64,000 nt of DNA. Origin: Patescibacteria group bacterium. Its GTDB lineage: Bacteria; Patescibacteriota; UBA1384; XYA2-FULL-43-10. The position numbers were made by a program, and so were the translations under genes. The notes below the pieces were generated by a model. It was given only the letters and a program-made list of their open reading frames with translations. It was not told where the DNA came from and ran no database searches. This document shows, one piece after another, positions 8,904 to 21,256 of this stretch; position 1 is the stretch's first letter, and the number at the start of each line of letters is the position of its first letter. Location of the stretch: contig JBAYVT010000001.1 in assembly GCA_041674405.1 (NCBI GenBank), forward strand, positions 181,032 through 245,031. The letters are read 5' to 3'.

Positions 8904-9713
8904 CTACTTTCCACTCCTCAGAAGTGATCTTAAACGATTTTCTAGCCGGTCGCTGCCGATTCTTCTCTCAATCGCCCCATCCGCAGCAAGTGAAACATTG
9001 CCAGTTTCCTCCGACACAATTACAGATACCGCATCAGAATTTTCGGTTATTCCAAGACCAGCCCGATGTCTTGTTCCCATTTTTGATGATGCCTCAAAAT
9101 CGGATACTGGCAGGGTAACCGATGCGGCAACTATTTTCGATCCGGAAATTATGACGGCTCCATCGTGCAGCGGGGATCGAGGAAAAAATATCGAAAGGAG
9201 TAACTCGGCGGATACTACGGCATCTAGCTCGGCCCCTCGTTCAATATATTCCCGAAGACCGGTTTTGCGCTGAAAAACGATCAAAGCGCCAATTTTTTGT
9301 TTGGACAAAATATCTACCGCCGCAAGAACTTCGTTCACTACATTAAGCTGTGTACCGCGGCCAAAATCTTTGATAAATCTGGTCCGGCCAAGCCGCTCAA
9401 GGGCGTTTCGAAGCTCGGGCTGGAAAACAATTGGAATTGCAACAACAAGCATCGCCATAATATATTGGAGAATCCAATTTAATAGTACCAGATTCATTAA
9501 TCTGCCAATCAACATAAGAGCTAGGAGAAAAAATAGGCCATAGAGGATTCTCATCGCTCGCGTTTCTCGCAGAAAAATATAAGCCCAATAAAAAAGAACC
9601 GTCACTATAAACACATCGAGAATTATGAGAGGCCACGAAGTAGCATGGAGGTTCTCAAAAAAATAACTAGCCTTTGATGTAACACTTAGGACTTGACCAG
9701 ACATTGAATCCAC
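8904..9713 (-). CDS. cdaA: diadenylate cyclase CdaA (c-di-AMP synthase)
   Basis: Three N-terminal TM helices followed by a DAC domain: TRHRAGLGITENSDAVSVIVSEETGNVSLA and DGAVIISG. Confidence 0.9.
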   Translation of the reverse strand: MDSMSGQVLSVTSKASYFFENLHATSWPLIILDVFIVTVLFYWAYIFLRETRAMRILYGLFFLLALMLIGRLMNLVLLNWILQYIMAMLVVAIPIVFQPELRNALERLGRTRFIKDFGRGTQLNVVNEVLAAVDILSKQKIGALIVFQRKTGLREYIERGAELDAVVSAELLLSIFFPRSPLHDGAVIISGSKIVAASVTLPVSDFEASSKMGTRHRAGLGITENSDAVSVIVSEETGNVSLAADGAIERRIGSDRLENRLRSLLRSGK

Positions 9714-9879
9714 TGAAAAATCCCTCTGTTGTAATAAATGAATACACTATCATTTTACCACAAGCAGAATTTGATGCAAAAAATACGGGTAGACCCCTTT
9801 CGTCGTAATTTTCAACGACTCATCAGAACACTTATGTGTTGAGGGGTGGACGAACAGCAAATGTCCGCCCCGGGCAGGC

Positions 9880-10371
9880 TTAGGCCTCCTCCATGACCTG
9901 AGCCAGAGTCAGAAACTCCTTGTCCCGACTAAACGACTCGAATCCCATCGGGACATCATTCTCCCGCCGCAGCTTAAGTACGCCGTGGCGTTCGAGAGCC
10001 ACACCCATGGTGACGGCAAGGTCGCACAAGGCTACGGCATCTTCCCCCTTGCAAACCCCGAAGTCCACCATGAAGCTTCTCGTGACCAGCTCACACAGCG
10101 TGAAGCAGCACTCCGTGCTTGGCTGGCCCCACTCTTCCAGTGTCGGCCTCGGATGTTCTGCCGCCGCCTCCGGCTTTTGCACCTTGTGGCGTGCTGCAAA
10201 ATCATCGAGGATTCCGACAATCTTCTCCCAGTCTGCCACATCTTCCGCACGGGAAGATTCTTTCAGTGGCAGAAGTGAGAGATAGATACTTGCCAGCAGC
10301 CCCTCGAACTCTTCATACCTGAAGTCGGTGTGGGGCATCGTCCCGACATTCAGTTGGGCTTCTTCGCCCAT
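9880..10371 (-). CDS. hypothetical protein encoded in a GC-rich island
   Basis: ATG at 10371 sits 9 nt downstream of an AAGGAG RBS (the ORF-track start at 10392 is a GTG). Local GC is visibly higher than the flanks. No recognisable motif. Confidence 0.5.
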   Translation of the reverse strand: MGEEAQLNVGTMPHTDFRYEEFEGLLASIYLSLLPLKESSRAEDVADWEKIVGILDDFAARHKVQKPEAAAEHPRPTLEEWGQPSTECCFTLCELVTRSFMVDFGVCKGEDAVALCDLAVTMGVALERHGVLKLRRENDVPMGFESFSRDKEFLTLAQVMEEA

Positions 10372-10463
10372 TGGGCACCACTCCTTTATCACTCGAGTTT
10401 CGCACTAGACAATACAAGATTTATCCTTTAATGTCAAGGATCAATCAGTAATTCAGACTAATA

Positions 10464-10490
10464 AAAAAGATCGAGAACTCGATCTTTTTT
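10464..10490 (-). terminator. rho-independent terminator downstream of infB (AAAAAAGATCGAG-aac-TCGATCTTTTTT)
   Basis: Perfect 10-bp stem flanked by A and T runs. It lies 3' of the infB stop on the minus strand. Confidence 0.75.
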
Positions 10491-10515
10491 ATTATTTCCG
10501 AAAAGATATTATTTG

Positions 10516-12417
10516 TTATTCTATCGTTCTGGGTTTTTCGATAGTTTTGAAAATGATAATTTTATCACCTACAGCAATCTTTGCTCCGGCATCCGCACCA
10601 AATCCAAACTCAATTCCGGCATCAACTTCTTTAACCTCGTCCTTTTCTCTTCGCAATGAGAGAATTTTTCCTCGCCACTTTTCATTGTCATTTTGGAAAA
10701 CCTTGATTTCATTTCCAATGGCAGCTTTTCCACCATCAAGCCTTGCGCCAGCAACTACACCTTTCTTGTCATCACGGAATATTGCCAAAATCTCGCCGCC
10801 TCCAAGCTCATCTTCAATAATTTCTGGAGGAAGCATACCAGAAAGTGCCCCCTTAACATCTTCAATAAGTTTATAAATAACATCATACAGCTCTACTGGG
10901 ATCTTTTCTTTTTCAGCAATTTTTAGAGCTGCCTGAAGCACTTTGACTCGAAAACCAATAATGATTGCTTTGGTCGCCTTAGCAAATGTAATATCTGATT
11001 CTGAAATCGTGCCAATTCCTTCGGATACGACATTCATTTTAATTTCTTGGGTATCGATTTCGTTAAATGACTTCTTGATTGCTTGTAGCGATCCGTTTAC
11101 ATCTGCCTTTAGAACAATGTTTAATTCCTTGGATTTTCCAGTGGCAATATCGTCCGCCACCTCCTCAATTCCAACTTTTTGTGCCGTAGCAACATGAGCA
11201 ATACTTATGCTTTCTTTGATCTGCGATGCTGCTTCCCTTGCTTCTTTTTCATTGTCGTAAGCAATTAATTTGTCACCAAAAGTCGGCAATGATTTTAATC
11301 CGGCAACTCGGGCTGGAAAGCTTGGTGGAGCTGATTTGATTGGCCTTCCTTGATAATCTTCCAATATTCTAACCTTACCCCATGACGAGCCTATCTGGAC
11401 GGGATCACCGACTTTCAAGGTACCATTTTCGATAAGCGCAAGCGCCAGTGCTCCGGCTCCTTTATGCATATGTGATTCGATAACCACTCCGACAGCCTTG
11501 TCAGAAGGATTAGCTTTTAGTTCCATAAGATCAGCTTGCAGTAAAATAAGCTCAAGTAAATTATCAATGCCAATGCCAGTTTTCGCTGAAACCTCTACCA
11601 TCGGTGTTTTACCGCCCCATTCCTCTGGAACAAGTTCATATTCGGAGAGCTGTTGTTTAACTTTCATTACATCAGCATCAGGCAGGTCAATCTTATTGAT
11701 GGCGACAATCACCGGCACATGATGAAGCTTGATTTGTTCGATCACTTCCTGCGTTTGCGGCATAACTCCGTCGTTGGCCGCAACAATAAGAACGACTATG
11801 TCCGTAATTGCCGCTCCATGGCTTCGAAGGGCCGAAAAGGCTGCATGTCCAGGAGTGTCAATAAATGTGATAGTGCGATTTTTAATGCCACTTTTTACCT
11901 TGTTTAGCGTGACTTGATAAGCAGAAATGTGCTGGGTAATTCCGCCTGATTCACCCTCGGCGACATGTGCCTCTCGGATTTTATCCAAAAGTGAAGTCTT
12001 GCCATGATCGACATGTCCCATAATAGTTACGACTGGTGGGCGAATTTCGGATCCCTCGGATGAGATTTCAATCTTTGCCTTTTCTTGCGATTCTACCGGG
12101 TTTTCTTCTTCCTTTTCCTTCACACTGATTCCAAGATCATCCGCAATGATAGCCGCTGTTTCAAAATCAATTGTTTGGTTAATATTGGCCAATATGCCGT
12201 TTTTCATCAGTTCAGAAATAATGCTAGTTACAGGCAAGCCGGTTACGACGGCAAAATCTTTAACCGTAATGACCGCAGGAATTAATATTTCTCCCCTACT
12301 CTCCCTAGTGGCTGTTTCCTGCATTTCAGGAATATTATTTTGGGTAGCAAAAGAGCGGCGATTCTGCGCCCGCTTTTTTTTGTCGCTCTTTTTTTGTGGA
12401 TATCGTTTCTTTTGCAT
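10516..12417 (-). CDS. infB: translation initiation factor IF-2
   Basis: GTPase motifs GHVDHGKTSL and DTPGH, NKID, and IF-2 C-terminal domains. 633 aa. Confidence 0.95.
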   Translation of the reverse strand: MQKKRYPQKKSDKKKRAQNRRSFATQNNIPEMQETATRESRGEILIPAVITVKDFAVVTGLPVTSIISELMKNGILANINQTIDFETAAIIADDLGISVKEKEEENPVESQEKAKIEISSEGSEIRPPVVTIMGHVDHGKTSLLDKIREAHVAEGESGGITQHISAYQVTLNKVKSGIKNRTITFIDTPGHAAFSALRSHGAAITDIVVLIVAANDGVMPQTQEVIEQIKLHHVPVIVAINKIDLPDADVMKVKQQLSEYELVPEEWGGKTPMVEVSAKTGIGIDNLLELILLQADLMELKANPSDKAVGVVIESHMHKGAGALALALIENGTLKVGDPVQIGSSWGKVRILEDYQGRPIKSAPPSFPARVAGLKSLPTFGDKLIAYDNEKEAREAASQIKESISIAHVATAQKVGIEEVADDIATGKSKELNIVLKADVNGSLQAIKKSFNEIDTQEIKMNVVSEGIGTISESDITFAKATKAIIIGFRVKVLQAALKIAEKEKIPVELYDVIYKLIEDVKGALSGMLPPEIIEDELGGGEILAIFRDDKKGVVAGARLDGGKAAIGNEIKVFQNDNEKWRGKILSLRREKDEVKEVDAGIEFGFGADAGAKIAVGDKIIIFKTIEKPRTIE

Positions 12418-12542
12418 TTTTAAAAGCGAAAATTACCCTTTTACGCTCACTAAGAATAGCACACTTAACCACTCTTCGCAACGAAGAGCAAACACAACAT
12501 GTTTAGATCCTAGTATCGAGTAAAATAATTAGATATTTGACA

Positions 12543-15500
12543 CTAGTTATACAACCCTTTTTGCTTACCCCAGTAGTTTGGCTCATCATCCTTTTTTATT
12601 GAAGGAACCTTTTTGATCGTAAACCCAGCTTCAACTGATTTTTCCTCGTTTTTTTCTTCCCTTACTTTCACCTCTGCTGTTTCTTTGTAATTATGGATTT
12701 CTGGAATAATTGTTTTCGAAGAATTTGATTTTTCTTCTGGCTGTTTTGTTGATTTTGTCTCCGGCACTTTTGGCTCCTTGTAGGATTTAATCTTTAATTC
12801 CGCAGCCGGATCATTCTTTTCATCTTTTTCTGCAGCTCTTTTTTCAACACTTTGCGAATTGGCAACTTCTTTTGAAGAATTATTTTTCGACTCATCGGAT
12901 GATTTTGTTTCTTCTTGTGGCTTAATATCTAATTTTGGCGGTTTTCCATTATCCAGCGGAAGCTGACTGCTATCTCCTTCGTCTTCATCATTCGGCAAAA
13001 TCAGGGCAACAGACGCAACCTTATCTCCTCCCTTTAATCTCATGAGCGTAACGCCCTGAGTGTCTCGGCCCAAACGTTTAATATCTTTAAGTGCCATTCT
13101 TATAAACTGGCCTTTGTTTGAAGCAAGGACAACATCTCCTTCATCAGAATAGGTAATATGCATACCGATTACGTTACCAGTTTTCGGAGTGCAGTTAGCG
13201 GCTTTTATTCCCATTCCTCCGCGTTTCTGCAAGTGGAAATGTTTCAGCATTGTGCGTTTTCCAAATCCATTTTCAAGAACAATTAGCATATCCGGCCCAG
13301 TATATTTGGTGATTGTTTCGTCAAATATACCCGCAAATTTGCTATGAATAACATCCATCGACATCACATTATCGGAAGCCTTGAGCCTCACTCCGGTTAC
13401 GCCGCTTGCAGATCGTCCCATTGGCCTGGCATCAGTTTCGTTATAGCAGATTGCAAGGCCTTTTTCAGAGACCTCGACAATCGTGTCGTTGCCAGAAGTT
13501 GCCTTAACCCATTTAAGCTCATCGCCAGATTTCAAGCCGATTGCAACAATGCCGGTTTTTCTTATATTGTCATACTTTTCAATTTCTGTACGCTTGATTT
13601 GGCCGTTTTTGGTCCCCATGACAAAGAATTTCATGCCGTCTTTTACTTGCGGGACAGTCAAAATTGAAGTTACTTTTTCAGTTGGACCAAGCTGGATTAT
13701 GTTTACTACCGGTGTGCCTTTTGACTGGCGTGAAGTTGCCGGAAGTTCATAGACCTTACTCTTGAACACGCGCCCTTGGTTGGTAAAAAAGTATATATCA
13801 TCATGAGTATATGAGCACACCAGATAATCAACAATATCCTCTTCCTTGGTCGTCATCCCAACTACACCAACACCGCCACGGACTTGTTTCCTGTACGTCC
13901 CAACCTCTTGGCGCTTAATGTAGTTGCCTCGGGAGAGAGAAACAATTACTTGTTCGTTCGGGATTAAATCTTCAGCAGAGAATGATCCGAGGGCATGCGG
14001 AACGACAACTGTTCTTCTGCCGTCGCCGTATTTTTCTTTAACTTCAGAAAGATCATCTTTGATAAGCCCAAGAATTTTTTCGGGATGAGCAAGAATATCC
14101 TCAAGATGAGCAATCCTCTTCATAATTTCGGCAAGCTCATCTTCGATTCTCTTTCTCTCAAGAGCTGCTAATGCCGAAAGCCTCATGTCCAGAATAGCGT
14201 CAGCTTGTTTTTCGGAAAGCTCAAACCTTTTTATCAAATTTATTTTTGCCGCATCACGGGTTTCGGATTCTTTTATTGTCTTGATAACCTCATCGATATT
14301 ATCAAGAGCAATTTTCAAGCCTTCTAAAATATGAGCCCTATCTTTGGCACGATTAAGCTCATATTCACTGCGCCTAGTAATTACTTCTTTCCGGTGTTCA
14401 ATATAATAACCAAGCACATCTTTGAGTGACATCACCCTTGGTTCAAGATCGGGAGTTAAGGCAAGCAAATTTACATGAAATGCCGTCTGCATGCTTGTAA
14501 GCTCAAATAGGCGGTTTAAAACCTTATTTGGATAAGCACTGCCCTTGAGCTCAACCACAACCCTGACCCCGCGGCGGTCTGATTCGTCTCGAAGGTCAGA
14601 AATTCCATCAATTTTTTTCAGCTTTACAAGTTCAGCAATTTTCTCGATCAAAGTTGCTTTATTTACCTGATATGGAATTTCCGTGATCACGATACGGAAG
14701 CCGCGCTTCGCTTCTTCGATCTCAGCTTTTGCCCGCATCATAATGCGGCCCTTGCCGGTCGCATATGCTGTTTTGATATCTTCAATATTGTAGATATTTC
14801 CGCCAGTTGGAAAATCTGGCCCTTTTATAAATTCCATGAGATCATCAACAGTTGCTTCAGAATTATCAATCAAATGTATGACACCATCACACAATTCTCC
14901 CAAATTGTGAGGTGGAATATTGGTTGCCATGCCAACGGCAATTCCCATGGAACCGTTCAACAATAGTTGCGGAATTCTTGCCGGTAATACCATTGGTTCC
15001 TGTGTCGAGCCATCATAGTTATCTTGCCAGTTGACGGTATCTTTATCGATATCAAGAAGCATTTCTTCTGCAATTGCGCTCATACGGCACTCAGTATATC
15101 GCATTGCAGCAGCAGAATCGCCATCCATAGAGCCAAAGTTTCCCTGGCCATCAATCATAGGATAACGCATTGAAAAATCTTGAGCTAAACGCACCAAGCT
15201 ATCATAAACCGCTAAATCGCCGTGTGGATGAAAATTACCAAGTACCTCACCCACGACTTTTGCCGATTTGCGGTATTTCACATTGTGGCGAAGCCCCGTT
15301 GAATACATGGCATATAATACGCGGCGGTGAACCGGTTTCAGGCCATCGCGAACATCAGGCAGTGCCCGAGAAACAATAACACTCATAGCATAATCGAGAT
15401 ATGAGACTTGCATTTCTTCTATCAATGACCGCGGTTTTAAAAGGCCAAATTCACTCTTGATTTCTTCCTCGATTACTTCGTCAGGAATTGAATCAATGTT

Positions 15501-15659
15501 TTCAGCTTCATGAACTTCGCCGGTATCATCAGACATATGATGAACAGGTTCAATTTCTTCGGGCTCTTCTTCAGATTCTGCTATCGAGTTATCGTCTTGT
15601 CCGGTTTGGTCTTCAGAAACATCATTGTCGTTCTTGTTTTGGTCTTTCTCTTCGTCCAT
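12543..15659 (-). CDS. gyrA: DNA gyrase subunit A, with a ~70-aa acidic N-terminal and a ~170-aa K/E-rich C-terminal low-complexity extension
   Basis: YLDYAMSVI, the active-site region AAMRYTE, the GyrA box and C-terminal beta-pinwheel repeats. Extensions are seen in the translation. Confidence 0.97.
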   Translation of the reverse strand: MDEEKDQNKNDNDVSEDQTGQDDNSIAESEEEPEEIEPVHHMSDDTGEVHEAENIDSIPDEVIEEEIKSEFGLLKPRSLIEEMQVSYLDYAMSVIVSRALPDVRDGLKPVHRRVLYAMYSTGLRHNVKYRKSAKVVGEVLGNFHPHGDLAVYDSLVRLAQDFSMRYPMIDGQGNFGSMDGDSAAAMRYTECRMSAIAEEMLLDIDKDTVNWQDNYDGSTQEPMVLPARIPQLLLNGSMGIAVGMATNIPPHNLGELCDGVIHLIDNSEATVDDLMEFIKGPDFPTGGNIYNIEDIKTAYATGKGRIMMRAKAEIEEAKRGFRIVITEIPYQVNKATLIEKIAELVKLKKIDGISDLRDESDRRGVRVVVELKGSAYPNKVLNRLFELTSMQTAFHVNLLALTPDLEPRVMSLKDVLGYYIEHRKEVITRRSEYELNRAKDRAHILEGLKIALDNIDEVIKTIKESETRDAAKINLIKRFELSEKQADAILDMRLSALAALERKRIEDELAEIMKRIAHLEDILAHPEKILGLIKDDLSEVKEKYGDGRRTVVVPHALGSFSAEDLIPNEQVIVSLSRGNYIKRQEVGTYRKQVRGGVGVVGMTTKEEDIVDYLVCSYTHDDIYFFTNQGRVFKSKVYELPATSRQSKGTPVVNIIQLGPTEKVTSILTVPQVKDGMKFFVMGTKNGQIKRTEIEKYDNIRKTGIVAIGLKSGDELKWVKATSGNDTIVEVSEKGLAICYNETDARPMGRSASGVTGVRLKASDNVMSMDVIHSKFAGIFDETITKYTGPDMLIVLENGFGKRTMLKHFHLQKRGGMGIKAANCTPKTGNVIGMHITYSDEGDVVLASNKGQFIRMALKDIKRLGRDTQGVTLMRLKGGDKVASVALILPNDEDEGDSSQLPLDNGKPPKLDIKPQEETKSSDESKNNSSKEVANSQSVEKRAAEKDEKNDPAAELKIKSYKEPKVPETKSTKQPEEKSNSSKTIIPEIHNYKETAEVKVREEKNEEKSVEAGFTIKKVPSIKKDDEPNYWGKQKGLYN

Positions 15660-15680
15660 ACTAGTTCCTTGTCATTTATG

Positions 15681-17795
<2,115 letters not shown>

Positions 17796-18035
17796 TCAAA
17801 CTAATCCAAAAACAATAACCGTTGCAATTAATTACTTAATGTTTGCAATTTTGGCTTTGAAATTTTGATTTTGAATTAATTATTACGTATATATTTTATC
17901 ACTCGACTCCAGATTTGCCAAGCACAAAATGAATCTAAAATTCCAGAATTTACCCTCTGGAAGTAGCAAAAAGCATCACCAATTATTGTGTATAATTAGT
18001 AGGCCCATACTTGAGAATTGCTTGTTTAAAATATA

Positions 18036-20108
18036 CTATTTCCGTTGCAATTTGATTGATATGTTTTTGTCAGAAATTAAGTCAAAATTAAAAGTTGCCG
18101 AATTTGTCTCCGCATTGTACTCTTGTAGATTTATCGGTACTAAATTTTCTGGAAAATGTAGCGTATAAGTAATTCTGTCGGCGTTTGCACCTGGCTGGCG
18201 TTGAAAAACAGCGGAGTAAATCAATCCATTTTGGTCAAAGTTATTTATTGGAAAAGAATAATTGATGGTAGCCTTACTTTCCTCTTTTGGTTTGGTGTTG
18301 ATCCAAAAAACCATTTCGGGATTACCCGCCTCTTCGCTTGCCCAATAGGGCTGGCCATTTTTATAGCCAGAATTGCTATTTTGCTCAAAGTTACCGACAA
18401 CCGGATCAAAATTTGTAACTTTCGAATTTGCTGGCAAAAGAACCCGTAAAAGGTTGATGTTGTATCCGTCTGGCCATTCATTCGATCCGTTATGAATGCG
18501 ATTGATGATAAGAGAATTGTTTACTATTCCATCGCTACCAATAGTGGAATCTAATGATAAATTTTCCAAAATGTTTGAGCTTGATTTGAACCCATTCAAA
18601 TTTGAATTATTAACATATAAATAATCGTTTCCCGTATTCAAGACCTTTCCGGCGATATTGTATTTTTCCAAGTCAGCCTCAATGTCTTTGTCAAAAGCGT
18701 AGAACATCATGTGCTTCTGGCTGAAAGAATCCGAGAACGTTTTAAATAAGTTTACAATTTCTGTTTTGTCGGAAAGTTTGGAAATCAAACGATCGACTAC
18801 AGCCGGCATCATATCCGCAAGCATTTTTTTGGGCTCATTTTCCTCTAGTGCACCCGATTTGTTGAAATAATCTTGGTGTACTTCTTTTTCTGTTTCCATT
18901 TCAAAATTATTTGCATCAATTATTTTCTCATAAGCCGGCAAATCAACCGGGCCAATTAATCGTAATATATCCACGAAAGCAGATGTGTCCAATTCAAACA
19001 CTCCATCAATCTTCTGTCCTGTTTCAGCTTCATAAAACCATTTAATTTTCTCAAATGCCTCGGGTCCGTCAACAGCCCATCCGGAATCCTTTAGTGCCCA
19101 TGTCCCATCTCTGACAACCCACGAAAGATCATCCGGCGGTGCAATTTTTGTTGTGGCCTCAAATGCATGATCGATTTTGTAAATATTCGTGCCAAAATCA
19201 ATTCCATTGAACTTGCCATTTTCAAAATGTGCTACCCCAAAAGAACCAAAGGACCCGCCACTTCCACCCCTAAGTTCCGCATTGTTTTGAAAAATTATCA
19301 GAAAATCACGTTTTTGCCCATCTTTTGCCGAAATCCAAGGCAAGTCTGTAGAAACAAGTTTTTGAGAAGATTCGATCGACTTTTTTGCCGAGGAAATTGC
19401 CGCTCGGGCTTTTTCTATACTATTTTTGAAGGATCCTAGCTGACCAAGATTTATTCTATTTAAAATTTTTTCACAATCCGATAATCTATCGGACGAATCT
19501 GAAATGGTTTTTGAAAATGCTTCTGACACAGCGGCAATATCAACAGCAAAATTGACGTTTTTGTCCTTTTTATCTTTAGCAAACTCTTCGGAAATTATTG
19601 CTTCCAAACTTTTTTGCGAGTCGGTAAGCGTATTTAAAATAATATTTGCTGCATCGAGCGTCATTTCCAAATTAACCGTGTCGGAATGTTTGTTGGAGAT
19701 CAAACTTAAATAACTTAAATCCTGCCCCCAAGATTGGAGATTGAGTTTTATTTCAGAAATATTTGCTCTGGCTTTTTCAGCTTCGGACAGCGCCTGATCG
19801 ATTTCGCCCTTGTTTAAGCTGGAAAACGCATTGTCTAAATAAATTTTAGTGTTTTCAACTAAGATTTCTACTTTACTTTTAGCATCAAATGCTCGGGCAA
19901 GTGAAAAAGCTAAAAGAGATGTTAAAATTGCTACAGCAATACTTCCTCGTGCAATCGCCATTTTCAGTTTATCGCTCAGAATTGGCTTCTTTTCAAAATT
20001 TTCGGAACCATGCCAAAAACCATCATCGTAGCCGTCTCTATTTTCGTAAGATACGGCAATCGGTTTTTTTCTATTAGTCCTGATTTTGATGTCGTGAATT
20101 TTCCTCAC
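18036..20108 (-). CDS. large membrane-anchored extracytoplasmic protein, DUF4012-like
   Basis: N-terminal TM helix. Motif FQNNAELRGGSGGSFGSFG recalls DUF4012. It lies next to glycosyltransferase genes. Confidence 0.5.
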   Translation of the reverse strand: MRKIHDIKIRTNRKKPIAVSYENRDGYDDGFWHGSENFEKKPILSDKLKMAIARGSIAVAILTSLLAFSLARAFDAKSKVEILVENTKIYLDNAFSSLNKGEIDQALSEAEKARANISEIKLNLQSWGQDLSYLSLISNKHSDTVNLEMTLDAANIILNTLTDSQKSLEAIISEEFAKDKKDKNVNFAVDIAAVSEAFSKTISDSSDRLSDCEKILNRINLGQLGSFKNSIEKARAAISSAKKSIESSQKLVSTDLPWISAKDGQKRDFLIIFQNNAELRGGSGGSFGSFGVAHFENGKFNGIDFGTNIYKIDHAFEATTKIAPPDDLSWVVRDGTWALKDSGWAVDGPEAFEKIKWFYEAETGQKIDGVFELDTSAFVDILRLIGPVDLPAYEKIIDANNFEMETEKEVHQDYFNKSGALEENEPKKMLADMMPAVVDRLISKLSDKTEIVNLFKTFSDSFSQKHMMFYAFDKDIEADLEKYNIAGKVLNTGNDYLYVNNSNLNGFKSSSNILENLSLDSTIGSDGIVNNSLIINRIHNGSNEWPDGYNINLLRVLLPANSKVTNFDPVVGNFEQNSNSGYKNGQPYWASEEAGNPEMVFWINTKPKEESKATINYSFPINNFDQNGLIYSAVFQRQPGANADRITYTLHFPENLVPINLQEYNAETNSATFNFDLISDKNISIKLQRK

Positions 20109-20152
20109 ACCCCTCGCCTCATATTAGTTTCTGACTTTTAGTTTTTGGCAAC

Positions 20153-21256
20153 TCATTTTGAATTAGTATTAGTATAGCTAGAAACTAATTTATCAATCGT
20201 TGTCTTGAATTCGTTCCTGAATCTTTCCGATGAGAATTTTTCGGCATGCTTCCTGATTTTTGTAGTATCGTATTTCTTTGGGTCAAATGCTTTGACTGCA
20301 GCAATTAATGAGTCTGTTGTTTGTTCGGTAAAAAATTCGCCTGTTACACCGGGCACGATTGTTTCCGCTGCACCGCCAATCCCATAAGCAATCACAGGCC
20401 GGCCGGATGCCATCGCCTCTACTGGCACGATTCCAAAATCTTCTTCGGCCGCGAAAATGAACGCTTTCGCTTCACAATAGTATTTTTTGATCTCATCATC
20501 ACTCAAAAAACCCAGAAACTCAATATTTTTATTTGCCTTTTTTGCCAACGCTTCCTTCTCTGGCCCGCGGCCGATAACCTTGAGCGGAAGCCCCAACTTA
20601 TTGAAAGCATCAATAACAAGATCACATCGTTTGTACCCGACAAGCCTGGAAACAAACAGGAAATAGTCTCCGGTTTTGCCATTTTTGTCTGGTGAAAATT
20701 TTTCAACATCAACCGGCGGATATACGACCACACTATCTCGATGGTAAAATTTTTTGATTCTTTTAGCTACATAATGTGAATTTGCAATGTAATAATCGAC
20801 TCGTTCAGCAGCGGCGATGTCCCAGATTCTATTTTTGTGCGCCACTTTTTTCCGAAGACCCGACAGGAACCCTTTACTAGCCCTGGGATCTACCTGTGGT
20901 TCCCACAAATACCGAGATGGCGTATGACAATAGCATATGTGTACGGTATTCGGCTTTGTAATTATGCCCTTTGAGGGAAAACTCGTGGATGAAACCACAA
21001 CATCGTACTTGGAAAAATCAAAGGACTCAAATGCAAGTGGGGTGTATGGGATCAGAAGTTCTCTTTTTGATTTAAAAAACGGCCAATTATTTAAATAGCT
21101 GGTTTTGATATCAAATTTTGCAAATTCTTTGGCACCAACCGGATCAAATACCGAAGTATATATCGGAGCGTCAGGATAAATCTTTTTGACCTCAAAAAGA
21201 ACTCTTTCTGCTCCAGCCATATTTGTGAGCCAATCATGGACGAGTGTGATATTCAT
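20153..21256 (-). CDS. glycosyltransferase family 4 (GT-B fold)
   Basis: C-terminal EDFGIVPVEAMASGRPVIA motif. Start at MNITLVHDW (21256) preferred; it overlaps the upstream gene slightly. Confidence 0.85.
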   Translation of the reverse strand: MNITLVHDWLTNMAGAERVLFEVKKIYPDAPIYTSVFDPVGAKEFAKFDIKTSYLNNWPFFKSKRELLIPYTPLAFESFDFSKYDVVVSSTSFPSKGIITKPNTVHICYCHTPSRYLWEPQVDPRASKGFLSGLRKKVAHKNRIWDIAAAERVDYYIANSHYVAKRIKKFYHRDSVVVYPPVDVEKFSPDKNGKTGDYFLFVSRLVGYKRCDLVIDAFNKLGLPLKVIGRGPEKEALAKKANKNIEFLGFLSDDEIKKYYCEAKAFIFAAEEDFGIVPVEAMASGRPVIAYGIGGAAETIVPGVTGEFFTEQTTDSLIAAVKAFDPKKYDTTKIRKHAEKFSSERFRNEFKTTIDKLVSSYTNTNSK

